Source of the DNA: a virus
Taxonomy: Duplodnaviria; Heunggongvirae; Uroviricota; Caudoviricetes
IMG/VR virus record: IMGVR_UViG_3300008114_000011
Strand: one strand, 5' to 3'
Length of the DNA: 64,000 bases
Positions 27,610 to 36,203 of this stretch are shown here, one piece after another. A program made the position numbers and the translations under genes. Below the pieces are notes generated by a model. The model had not been told where the DNA came from. It saw nothing but the letters and a program-made list of their open reading frames with translations, and did not search any database. Positions within the stretch are counted from its first letter, which is position 1; every line of letters starts with the position of its first letter.

Positions 27610-28019
27610 CGAAGCTTTCATCAATTTTATTACTTATAACGTCTGATGATAAATTATCGTTTTAATGTTGTTTATCATTTGTTATGTGTAGGTTTTTAGT
27701 TAATTAAAAAAATATAAATATGAAAAAGATAATAGAAGAAATAGATTTTTTGTGGAAAGGTGATAGAAGTATGTTAATTACTATGTGGTTATGTATATTG
27801 TTAGCACTTGTAGTTTTAACTGAACTTGGTTTTAACATATACTTCACTTTTTTTAATTAATGTTAAGAAAACTTACACATAACGGTTGAGAATATAAGCA
27901 GTTATTAACGAAAACTTAAATTGAAACACAGAACTTAATTATTAACAGACAACTTTTATTTGAAAGTAATGAAATAATTGCTTATATTTTTTGTTAGTTT
28001 TAGTATTTAATTTTAATTC

Positions 28020-28274
28020 ATGATTATGAAAAAAACAGATTTGATTTCTTATTTAAAAATATTAGGTGGTTTATCACTTACATTTCCATTATCTCATGCG
28101 TTTTTTGCACTTGACTTTGGGTTAGTAAAAGGTGGATTTATAGCACTTGGTTTATATTTTTTGATGATGTTAATTGCAATACCAATGTTTAACTACCTTG
28201 AATATGGTAAATTTTGGTATTGGGTAAGTGATAAACATAGAGATAGTTTTGATAAAATTAAATATTGGAACTAA
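28020..28274 (+). CDS. small membrane protein
   Basis: two hydrophobic helices. Confidence 0.4.
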   Translation: MIMKKTDLISYLKILGGLSLTFPLSHAFFALDFGLVKGGFIALGLYFLMMLIAIPMFNYLEYGKFWYWVSDKHRDSFDKIKYWN

Positions 28275-28353
28275 CGGTTGGTTGTATATGTAGGTTTTTT
28301 AATTCTAACCTTTAATATATACTATGACTTAATAAAAAACTTGCATATACACC

Positions 28354-28803
28354 TTGTTATATACCGTAAAAATGTGGGATGGTAAAAAATTAAAATTAGA
28401 TATGAAACATAAAATAAAAACAACTCTACGAGAGTTTATTAGGGAAGAACTTGAAAAATTAGATTATTTTTCAACTAATATAGATGGACATCGTTTTGAA
28501 TTGTTGAAAGATGGTGAAGTGGTAGGTTGGACAATGTTTAGTAATGTCATTAAAAATAATAAATTCAATAATCAACCACATATAAGTTTGTGGGATTTAA
28601 TGATAAAAGAACAATATAGAAAGAAAGGATATTCTAAAATATTAATGGAAAAAGTTTTAGAATATTTAAGATACAGTGTAGATATTGTGGATTTACAGGT
28701 TATGGAACATAATAAACCTGCAGTAAATTTATATAAGAGTTTTGGATTTGAAATTTATCATAATACTGGACAAGGTGTTCTTTATATGTCAAAAAAATTT
28801 TAA
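28354..28803 (+). CDS. GNAT-family N-acetyltransferase
   Basis: acetyl-CoA motif A Q-YRKKGYSKILMEKVLEY and motif B NKPAVNLYKSFGF. Confidence 0.6.
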   Translation: MLYTVKMWDGKKLKLDMKHKIKTTLREFIREELEKLDYFSTNIDGHRFELLKDGEVVGWTMFSNVIKNNKFNNQPHISLWDLMIKEQYRKKGYSKILMEKVLEYLRYSVDIVDLQVMEHNKPAVNLYKSFGFEIYHNTGQGVLYMSKKF

Positions 28804-28920
28804 TTTTTTTAAGAAGGGTGTAAAATTTTTATTGTATATAACGGTTGAGAATATGTTTCGTTTCAATGATAAATATTCTTTGTTAGATTGCGTTTCAATG
28901 TGATCTAACGATACTCAGAT

Positions 28921-28948
28921 ATATTTAGGTTTTCTTTTTAATATATAC
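28921..28948 (+). promoter_or_regulatory. local promoter-like repeat ATATTTAGGTTTTCTTTTTAATATATAC
   Basis: near-identical copy at 29227-29258, related copies at ~28295 and ~27690, each ~25-30 nt upstream of an ATG. Confidence 0.45.
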
Positions 28949-28968
28949 TTAAAAATAATAAACGAGTT

Positions 28969-29217
28969 ATGAATAAATTAACACACCTTAAAAGATTTAA
29001 CGAGTCAGAAGAAAACTTGAATATATCTGATGTTAGTGAGAGTAGATGGAATATGATTCCAGATAGATGTGAATATAATGGTAAAATATACAGAATTCTC
29101 AATATAGAACTACAAGGTGGATATTTTACACTACAAGATTTAGAAGCAGAAAGAGGTGACATTCAAGTTTTAGATGATATAGATATGGATAAATGTATTC
29201 CAGTCTATTCTCACTAA
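28969..29217 (+). CDS. small protein with conserved N-terminal leader (..FNESEENLNISDVSES)
   Basis: leader shared with 29276..29644. Confidence 0.5.
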   Translation: MNKLTHLKRFNESEENLNISDVSESRWNMIPDRCEYNGKIYRILNIELQGGYFTLQDLEAERGDIQVLDDIDMDKCIPVYSH

Positions 29218-29226
29218 CGGTCACAG

Positions 29227-29258
29227 ATATATTTAGGTTTTCTTTTTAATATATAAAC
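29227..29258 (+). promoter_or_regulatory. local promoter-like repeat (copy 2)
   Basis: see 28921-28948. Confidence 0.45.
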
Positions 29259-29275
29259 TAAAATAATTTACAAAG

Positions 29276-29644
29276 ATGAAAGGTAAAAATAACATACAAA
29301 GTTTCGAAGAGTTTAAAGAAAACTTGAATATATCTGATGTTAGTGAGAGTAAAACTATTGGAGATATAATAGATGATAACACTAAAGATTCTAATGGATT
29401 TTTTTGGGGTGTATTTTCTGATACTATGAATTTTTTCATTGTTGATAAGGGGTTTAATGTTATATTTGAAACACCTGCGTTTTTTAATGGAAAATGGACA
29501 AATGATGTAAAAGAAGCAATGAAAAAATATGGAATAGACGACAACAAATCAAGAATGAGAACTGATAATAACATAGAAAAATTAAAAAAATCCATTAAAC
29601 TAGAATATGATTTATGGAAAATGTATAGTGATAGAACTAAATAG
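29276..29644 (+). CDS. small protein with conserved N-terminal leader (..FEEFKENLNISDVSES)
   Basis: leader shared with 28969..29217. Confidence 0.5.
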   Translation: MKGKNNIQSFEEFKENLNISDVSESKTIGDIIDDNTKDSNGFFWGVFSDTMNFFIVDKGFNVIFETPAFFNGKWTNDVKEAMKKYGIDDNKSRMRTDNNIEKLKKSIKLEYDLWKMYSDRTK

Positions 29645-29693
29645 TTTTATTCTCACTAATGGTTTGTGTATATGTATAGTTAAATTTTTTAAT

Positions 29694-29873
29694 ATGAAAG
29701 TTAAATGTATAAAAAACAGTATTGATTCAATGACAATACAAATGCCTTGGATAAAGGTAGGAGAAATTTATGAAGTAGTTGGTGAGCATTGGTCAAGGGA
29801 AGATTATTTTGCAGTAAAAGGTGAAGGCGGTTGTATTGCGTTTTATAGGAAGAGTTGGTTTGAAAAAATTTAA
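29694..29873 (+). CDS. MKVKCI-type family member lacking the C-terminal tail
   Basis: N-core MKVKCIKNS..KVGEIYEVV; internal ATG of ORF 29607..29873. Confidence 0.45.
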   Translation: MKVKCIKNSIDSMTIQMPWIKVGEIYEVVGEHWSREDYFAVKGEGGCIAFYRKSWFEKI

Positions 29874-29969
29874 TTATTCATATACGCTGTTAGCAAATCG
29901 TTTTAATGTTTGCTAACTAGATTATATCTCTAAATCAACATTAATAATTAATTTACAAATACTTAACAT

Positions 29970-30770
29970 ATGAAAAAGACAAATTATTACGAAATTTGTA
30001 ATCAAAAATTGAAGTATTTAAACTATTCAGATAGGACTATCAAGTCCTATCTTTATTATATTAATCAATTTTTAGAAAATACTAAAATACCACCAACCAG
30101 ATTAACAGCAACAGATTTCCAACAATATCTCAATAATTACAATTTTACCTCCACCTCACAACAAAATCAAGTCATAAACTCAATAAGATTCCTATACAAA
30201 GAATCACTTAATAAAAAATATGATAAGGTTGATTTTAAAAGACCTAGATCTGAAAAGAAACTACCAAAAGTAATTGATGGCGATTATATCAAATCTAAAC
30301 TTTCTAAAATAGAAAACCTTAAGCATAAAACTATACTTACTTTAACCTATTCAGTTGGTTTAAGAGTTTCCGAAATAATAAATCTTAAAATAGAAGATAT
30401 TGACTCCAAAAGAATGATTATTCATATTAAAAATGCTAAAGGTAAAAAAGATAGAATTGTACCACTTTCAGAAAACGTACAAAATCTAATAAAAATATAT
30501 TCAGAAAAATATACACCAAAAGAATATCTTTTTAATGGTCAATCCACAAACAAATATTCAATACAATCCTGTCAAAATATCTATAAAAAATATATTGATG
30601 AAAATTCATCTATACATACCCTCAGACACTCAGCCTTTACCAACCTCTTAGAAAATGGAACAGATCTAAGAATAATACAGAAAATAGCAGGTCACTCATC
30701 CACCAAAACAACAGAGATATATACACACGTTTCTAATCAACTTTTAAATAAAGTTAATCTACCAATTTAA
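29970..30770 (+). CDS. tyrosine recombinase/integrase (XerC/D-like)
   Basis: C-terminal catalytic block HTLRHSAFTNLLENGTDLRIIQKIAGHSSTKTTEIYTHV (R..H-x-x-R..Y). Confidence 0.85.
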   Translation: MKKTNYYEICNQKLKYLNYSDRTIKSYLYYINQFLENTKIPPTRLTATDFQQYLNNYNFTSTSQQNQVINSIRFLYKESLNKKYDKVDFKRPRSEKKLPKVIDGDYIKSKLSKIENLKHKTILTLTYSVGLRVSEIINLKIEDIDSKRMIIHIKNAKGKKDRIVPLSENVQNLIKIYSEKYTPKEYLFNGQSTNKYSIQSCQNIYKKYIDENSSIHTLRHSAFTNLLENGTDLRIIQKIAGHSSTKTTEIYTHVSNQLLNKVNLPI

Positions 30771-30794
30771 CTTTTCTTTGAAAAGAATTATTAA

Positions 30795-31256
30795 ATGATT
30801 ATATTTGTATATAATCACACACATAATATGATAAAGTTTGTTAAGAAGTCGAGTTCGGGGTCTACAAAAGAGGTGGATTTAATATTATCTGATGTTAGTA
30901 ATTGTAAATCATTAGCATCTTCTATCTTATTAAGAAAATATTTAATGGAGATGGATGTGGATTATATAGAGAAGATGGATTTGATTAATAAACGTATTGA
31001 GTTTAGTAGAAGTTATTTAGAGAGTGTTTTATCTCGTGATGGTGATATTAAGTGTACTTATTGTGGTAAGGGAGATTTGGTTATTGAGTATGATGGGATG
31101 CGTGTCAAAGAAAGTATAAAGGCTACGATTGATCATATCGTTCCTGTATCAAGAGGAGGAGGTAGGTTTGATGTTAGTAATATAACTCCATGTTGTGGTG
31201 AGTGTAATGGTAAGAAGGGTAATAAGTCATTAGATGATTTTCTAAAGTCGATTTAA
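30795..31256 (+). CDS. HNH endonuclease
   Basis: CTYCGK...IDHIVPVSRGGGRFDVSNITPCCGECNGKKGNK. Confidence 0.7.
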   Translation: MIIFVYNHTHNMIKFVKKSSSGSTKEVDLILSDVSNCKSLASSILLRKYLMEMDVDYIEKMDLINKRIEFSRSYLESVLSRDGDIKCTYCGKGDLVIEYDGMRVKESIKATIDHIVPVSRGGGRFDVSNITPCCGECNGKKGNKSLDDFLKSI

Positions 31257-31257
31257 T

Positions 31258-31650
31258 ATGAATAAGATCACATTTTGTTTATCGGATAAGGCTGAATCAT
31301 TTTCATTTGATTTTGATTACTTTACTTTATTGGATGATGGTTCCATAACTTATAGTGGTGTAAATAGACATACTGGTTTTAGCACTAACGAGTTTTATGA
31401 TATTGAGAATATTTTTAAACAAAATGAGAGGTTTGATTTAATTGTATTGAGATGTTTTAGAATTAGAATAAATACTGTAAATAGGGTTATACATGGAGAG
31501 ATTACAAGTTTTGAGAGTTCTGGTCTTAGTAAGGTAAATTTAACTATTAAACCTAAGTTTATTTGGGATCTCGATCTTGGTGATGAGTTTTACAAACATT
31601 TACCAGCAATCAGAAGAGAAATAAAATTAAATAATATTATAGGAATATGA
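31258..31650 (+). CDS. hypothetical protein with RREIKLNNIIGI tail
   Basis: family tail. Confidence 0.55.
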   Translation: MNKITFCLSDKAESFSFDFDYFTLLDDGSITYSGVNRHTGFSTNEFYDIENIFKQNERFDLIVLRCFRIRINTVNRVIHGEITSFESSGLSKVNLTIKPKFIWDLDLGDEFYKHLPAIRREIKLNNIIGI

Positions 31651-31946
31651 CATTAGAAGAATTAAGAGATCGTCCTTTAGAAGAAAAGGTAGATTATATA
31701 TGTGACTACGTTATCTCTCATGGATTGGGACCAAAGTTTAGAAATATTTCTTTCCGTGGAGTAATTGTTGAATATAAGGATATATTTGATGCTATTAGAG
31801 AAGTTAATAGGAGTTTAAGACCAGCTGAATATCATACCGATTGGTATCGATTAGGTGCTAATGTATTTAAAAATGAATTAGTTAAGGGAGTTTTAAATCA
31901 TGAATTGATATTCCCACGTATAAAAGAAGAAATATCAAAGTTATGA
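31647..31946 (+). CDS. hypothetical protein, tandem paralog A
   Basis: MTLEELRDRPLEEKVDYI...VKGVLNHELIFPRIKEEISKL. Confidence 0.55.
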   Translation: MTLEELRDRPLEEKVDYICDYVISHGLGPKFRNISFRGVIVEYKDIFDAIREVNRSLRPAEYHTDWYRLGANVFKNELVKGVLNHELIFPRIKEEISKL

Positions 31947-32242
31947 CATTAGAAGAGTTAAGAGAAAAGTCTTTAGAAGAAAAGGTGAATTATATTTTTG
32001 ATTATGTTACGTCTTATGCTCGTGAAAGAGAAGATAGGTTTAAAGATATACCTTTACGTGTATTAATTGATGAGTATGATGATATAATTGATGTTTTCAG
32101 AGAAGTTAATTATGGTCTAAGAAGATTTTGGAGTCAACCCGGATATCGAGCAAGTATTGAATATAAGAGAGAAGTAGTTAAGGGAGTTTTAAATCATGAA
32201 TTGTTATTCCCACGTATAAAAGAAGAAATATCAAAGTTATGA
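31943..32242 (+). CDS. hypothetical protein, tandem paralog B
   Basis: near-identical N- and C-termini to 31647..31946. Confidence 0.55.
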   Translation: MTLEELREKSLEEKVNYIFDYVTSYAREREDRFKDIPLRVLIDEYDDIIDVFREVNYGLRRFWSQPGYRASIEYKREVVKGVLNHELLFPRIKEEISKL

Positions 32243-32565
32243 GAGTGGTAACTGAAAGCCCAGAGAACTGGGTTATATTAAAAATTGACGGTGTTGATGG
32301 TGTTTACTATCGAGTTTTCGGTGGTTGGCGTGGTGGTTATGCCGGCAGTGATCGTTGGAAGATGAACTCTGGTATTGTTAAGGTGGAATCTGATAGTGAT
32401 TACTATTACTTTATAGGAGCTAGTGGTAGTTGTTATAAATGTCACAAGGAGAGTTATGCTGGTTTCAGTGGTTGGGTTTATGGAGTTTTGTCTAAGATAA
32501 TGGATGGAAGTCCGGTTCCTATTGAGGTTTTAGATGAAATGAATTTTGAGGAGTTAGGTATTTAA
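32239..32565 (+). CDS. hypothetical protein ending ..EELGI
   Basis: ORF; partial family tail. Confidence 0.5.
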   Translation: MRVVTESPENWVILKIDGVDGVYYRVFGGWRGGYAGSDRWKMNSGIVKVESDSDYYYFIGASGSCYKCHKESYAGFSGWVYGVLSKIMDGSPVPIEVLDEMNFEELGI

Positions 32566-32604
32566 TTTATTATACGGAATTTGTAAATTAAAAAAGATAT
32601 TAGG

Positions 32605-32865
32605 ATGAAAGATGGGATGGTTCAGTGTGTATCAAATGGTTGTGGTTATTACAAGAGTTTGAAGGTTGGTAAGTGGTATAAATTTAGAGAGGTATCTGAT
32701 TTAGTGGTCCCACCTCGGCTCGAAGGTCAATATTTAATTTACTTTGATGATTATGTTTCTGGACCAAAGGGTTCTCAAATGCTCAGATGTTCTTATCCAA
32801 AGAAATTATTTAGAACGGTTTCTGATAGAAGAGATTTTAAACTTAAAAAGATCGGTGTAATATAA
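32605..32865 (+). CDS. family-like small protein (LKVGKWYKF core, RRDFKLKKIGVI tail)
   Basis: family motifs; GC-richer. Confidence 0.5.
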   Translation: MKDGMVQCVSNGCGYYKSLKVGKWYKFREVSDLVVPPRLEGQYLIYFDDYVSGPKGSQMLRCSYPKKLFRTVSDRRDFKLKKIGVI

Positions 32866-32870
32866 AAAAT

Positions 32871-33170
32871 ATGAATGGAATTTTAATATCATTAGTAGTC
32901 GTATTAGGAATTATTGCGATTGCTGTATTATTTTTAATTTGGAAGATTGTTTCTTTCAAAAGTAAAATTGAGGATACTGTTGTCGATAGTATCAAAGAGG
33001 TTATTGTAACAAGAGGACCTGAGGCTGTTAAGTATGTTAATGGTAAGATTAGTAAACCAAAACCACCAAGAAGTCAGATAATAAAAGAAGGGCGTGATCC
33101 AGTTCCTGCACCACCAAAAGATAGGATTTTAAAAGAAGGTGAACAACCACCTAAACCAGATAATTTATAA
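32871..33170 (+). CDS. small membrane protein with Pro/Lys-rich tail
   Basis: N-terminal TM. Confidence 0.4.
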   Translation: MNGILISLVVVLGIIAIAVLFLIWKIVSFKSKIEDTVVDSIKEVIVTRGPEAVKYVNGKISKPKPPRSQIIKEGRDPVPAPPKDRILKEGEQPPKPDNL

Positions 33171-33172
33171 AT

Positions 33173-33889
33173 ATGAGAAATAATTTAGTAGAGATATTTC
33201 ACGATACTCAAATCAAGTCCGTGAAGTTTAATGATGGTGTTACAACACAACATTCAAATAATGAGATAGTTGGACCTTATTTATCAGTTTATAAAGGTAA
33301 TGTTAAGGTCGTTAATTTAGATACGGTATCTGCTCTTGTAGAGTTATCTAAGTCTGGTAAAACTTGTGGCTTGAATATGGCTTCGTATAAGAAACCGGGT
33401 GGTGGAGTTCGTAATGGAGCCAGAGCTCAAGAAGAATGTTTATTTAGATGTTCTAACTTAATCAATTCAATTGTAGAAGATTTTTATCCATTAGAAGATG
33501 GTACTTGTCTTTATACATCAGATGCTACATTCTTTAAAGATAAGGATTATAATGATATGGAACCGGTTGAGTGTGATATTATTACGATAGCTGCTATAAA
33601 CTTAAACAGTCGTAGTTATGATAAAGAGACTTATGAAGAGATTACACTCCAAAAGATAAGATTGATGCTTACTATCCCATCTAAACATGGTGTTGAGAAC
33701 TTGGTTTTGGGAGCTTTTGGTTGTGGTGTTTTTGGGAATGATCCCCATGTGATGTCAGAATTATTTAGAAAGGTTTTAGTTGAAGAAGGTTATTCATCTT
33801 TATATAAAGAGGTTGTTTTTGCTGTTATAAACGATCATAATTCTGTTGGTAATAATTATAGTGTGTTTTCTGATAAATTCTACTCTTAA
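33173..33889 (+). CDS. bacterial-type poly(ADP-ribose) glycohydrolase-like macrodomain protein (DUF2263 family)
   Basis: PARG signature GGG-x7-QEE (KPGGGVRNGARAQEE) plus GAFGCGVFGNDP. Confidence 0.65.
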   Translation: MRNNLVEIFHDTQIKSVKFNDGVTTQHSNNEIVGPYLSVYKGNVKVVNLDTVSALVELSKSGKTCGLNMASYKKPGGGVRNGARAQEECLFRCSNLINSIVEDFYPLEDGTCLYTSDATFFKDKDYNDMEPVECDIITIAAINLNSRSYDKETYEEITLQKIRLMLTIPSKHGVENLVLGAFGCGVFGNDPHVMSELFRKVLVEEGYSSLYKEVVFAVINDHNSVGNNYSVFSDKFYS

Positions 33890-34317
33890 CCAAATTGAAT
33901 TAAAATACTCATTGAATTATTAAAATTACCGCGCCCACTTAGAATAGATTTTCCATCTATATAATCTAAGTGTTCTTTCAGAAGAACAATAAAATTATTA
34001 AGTATTTCATTATCAGAAGGTGAAAAATCAAGTCTAGTTTTTTTAGATGTCTCAATCGAATTTTTGTGAATAACTAAAGAAATTCCATTTATCTTTTTTC
34101 TAGCTCTACCAGCATCTCTTGATGTGTTATAATCATCAACATTTATAAATGATTGTTTCCAATCTTTACTGAATTGAAAGGTATATTGAATATCAAATCC
34201 CTCATCTTCTATGATATATGATATACTTTTAATATCTTCTAGTATTTCATTAGCCTTTTTATTATTTTCAATGAGTTCTTCAATAGTGAATTTTTCAAAT
34301 AGTTTTAGATATTTCAT
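33886..34317 (-). CDS. hypothetical protein with MKYLKLFEKF N-terminus
   Basis: ORF; shared N-terminal decapeptide. Confidence 0.5.
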   Translation of the reverse strand: MKYLKLFEKFTIEELIENNKKANEILEDIKSISYIIEDEGFDIQYTFQFSKDWKQSFINVDDYNTSRDAGRARKKINGISLVIHKNSIETSKKTRLDFSPSDNEILNNFIVLLKEHLDYIDGKSILSGRGNFNNSMSILIQFG

Positions 34318-34471
34318 AGTGTATATATTAAAATAATTTAGTATATTTGTTATATGAAACTAAAGAGATTTTTATTGAAGGAATTGAGACCTATTTTAGG
34401 TAGTCTTTTATTCTTTATATTCATAACAGCACTACATGGGTTGTTATGGGGATTTATAATCACTGTAATAT

Positions 34472-34717
34472 TTGTTTCTCTTTGTTTATTTTTATATAGA
34501 TAGTATGGAAAATTTTATTAGAAATTTTATTGGAAAGGGACCAGATAAAGGGTTTAGGGGTATTTTAGTTGTAATAATACTATGTCTTTTATTATGGACA
34601 TCAATTTTCACAATCGAGTTTGTAACTGGTTTATTTATGCCAAGAATGTTGACTGGTGCGATTGCTGCCATATCAGGGGTTTTAATTGGAACTTGGGTTG
34701 GTCGTTTAACTGATTAA
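34472..34717 (+). CDS. small membrane protein
   Basis: ORF; 2 TM. Confidence 0.35.
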   Translation: MFLFVYFYIDSMENFIRNFIGKGPDKGFRGILVVIILCLLLWTSIFTIEFVTGLFMPRMLTGAIAAISGVLIGTWVGRLTD

Positions 34718-34718
34718 G

Positions 34719-35027
34719 ATGGAACATTTATTAAAAGATAAGAATTTCATGAAGTTAGTTAACATTGCTGAGGTGTTATCTGAATTCATAGTTAAGGAAT
34801 CAGAAAGTGGTTCATTACTTAGACTTTATAAGCAATGTGATTACATCAGAGATGCTGTTAATAAGTTCAATCAGAAGTTTGATGGTGAGAAAGCACTATT
34901 CTACAATAGAATATTTGAAAGAAGTTTAGAGAAGTCTATGAAGATATTGGAGATTGATGGGTTTCATCAATCTGAGATTTATTTTGTACAAGATTTATTA
35001 AGTCATATAAGATCATTTAAAAAATAA
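34719..35027 (+). CDS. hypothetical protein
   Basis: ORF. Confidence 0.4.
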   Translation: MEHLLKDKNFMKLVNIAEVLSEFIVKESESGSLLRLYKQCDYIRDAVNKFNQKFDGEKALFYNRIFERSLEKSMKILEIDGFHQSEIYFVQDLLSHIRSFKK

Positions 35028-35029
35028 AT

Positions 35030-35233
35030 ATGAGATACGCAATTAAACACAAACCCACTAATACCTTTTTATATGAAGATGAGGGTGGTGCCTTTTTAAT
35101 TCCTGAGGAAGAGGCTTTTATAACATTTGGTAGAAAATTAGATGCTGAAGAAATGCTAGATTGTTATGATGATGTTATTTACACAGAGAATGGAGATTTT
35201 CCAGTTAATGAATTTGAAGTAGTTGAAATATAA
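35030..35233 (+). CDS. hypothetical small acidic protein
   Basis: ORF. Confidence 0.35.
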   Translation: MRYAIKHKPTNTFLYEDEGGAFLIPEEEAFITFGRKLDAEEMLDCYDDVIYTENGDFPVNEFEVVEI

Positions 35234-35236
35234 GTT

Positions 35237-35674
35237 ATGAGTTATACAAAAGAAGAATTTTACAAAGCGTTTATTGAAACGCAAAAGTTAACAGGTCAGG
35301 GAACATCTGGAATTGTTAAAGTTGCTGGTGGTCCAACAATCGCAAAGATACTTGATGATTTAATCGAAGAAGGTCTTTGCGTGGCTGAGAATACTGGTGG
35401 TTCATTAGGTCACCCAGAGTCTAATATCTTTTACATGCCATCAAAAGGTTATAATGTTTGGCGAGAAGAAAACAGTATGGCGGCGTTAGAGTGTGTTAGG
35501 TATTACATTGCTAAACAAAGAGGTGAGAAATATAGTGGAGATCGTTTCTTAAAGATTGACGAGAGTTCGTTTGAAGAAGGTGGTCCATTCCACGAGTTCT
35601 ATAATAATTGGTTAGAACGAAATAGAGAGGAGTTAGATGTGATGATGAATCTATCAGATGTTTATCCGAATTAA
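35237..35674 (+). CDS. hypothetical protein
   Basis: ORF followed by terminator hairpin. Confidence 0.45.
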   Translation: MSYTKEEFYKAFIETQKLTGQGTSGIVKVAGGPTIAKILDDLIEEGLCVAENTGGSLGHPESNIFYMPSKGYNVWREENSMAALECVRYYIAKQRGEKYSGDRFLKIDESSFEEGGPFHEFYNNWLERNREELDVMMNLSDVYPN

Positions 35675-35677
35675 ATA

Positions 35678-35707
35678 AAAGTCCTGATGAAAATCAGGAC
35701 TTTTTTA
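35678..35707 (+). terminator. rho-independent terminator
   Basis: GTCCTGAT-GAAA-ATCAGGAC stem-loop followed by TTTTTT. Confidence 0.6.
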
Positions 35708-35915
35708 TTTAATATATAATGAATGAGATACTTAAAGTTATACGAAGCTTACTTCAAGAAAGAAGATATTGATATACAAAAGGTTTGTGATATTTATGAA
35801 GATGTTAAGTCAATTGGATATATTCTTTTGATGAGAGTTTTATTAAGGTTGAAGGTTGGAGACCACCACAAAGAAAAGATATAATTATATCAAAAAATTA
35901 TTTTATGGAAAAGGT

Positions 35916-36203
35916 TTAGGTCCAAAGTGATTTTCTGATTTTCATAAGACGAAGTAACATTTCATCATCTTCATCATCAGAGTTTAACTTCCAATCTCTA
36001 TCTGAACGAATTTTCCACCATTGATAAAGAAATCTTACTTCATCTACAAAATCTTTGTGAGCTTCATAATTACAATGAGTGTCAACTCCTTCTTTTTCAA
36101 CACAATCTACAAGAATTTGAAAGCAAGAGTGTAACATAATGACATCTCGATCAATCCAAGCGTCTGATGCTTTTGGAAGTGTTGTTATTTTAACAAGTCT
36201 CAT
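35916..36203 (-). CDS. hypothetical protein
   Basis: ORF coupled to 36190..37002. Confidence 0.4.
   Translation of the reverse strand: MRLVKITTLPKASDAWIDRDVIMLHSCFQILVDCVEKEGVDTHCNYEAHKDFVDEVRFLYQWWKIRSDRDWKLNSDDEDDEMLLRLMKIRKSLWT

Noticed and set aside
28938-29595. Minus-strand ORFs 28938..29162 and 29233..29595
   Set aside because: They are antisense to the two leader-sharing plus-strand genes and span their promoter repeats; the translations are Leu/Ser/Phe-rich.
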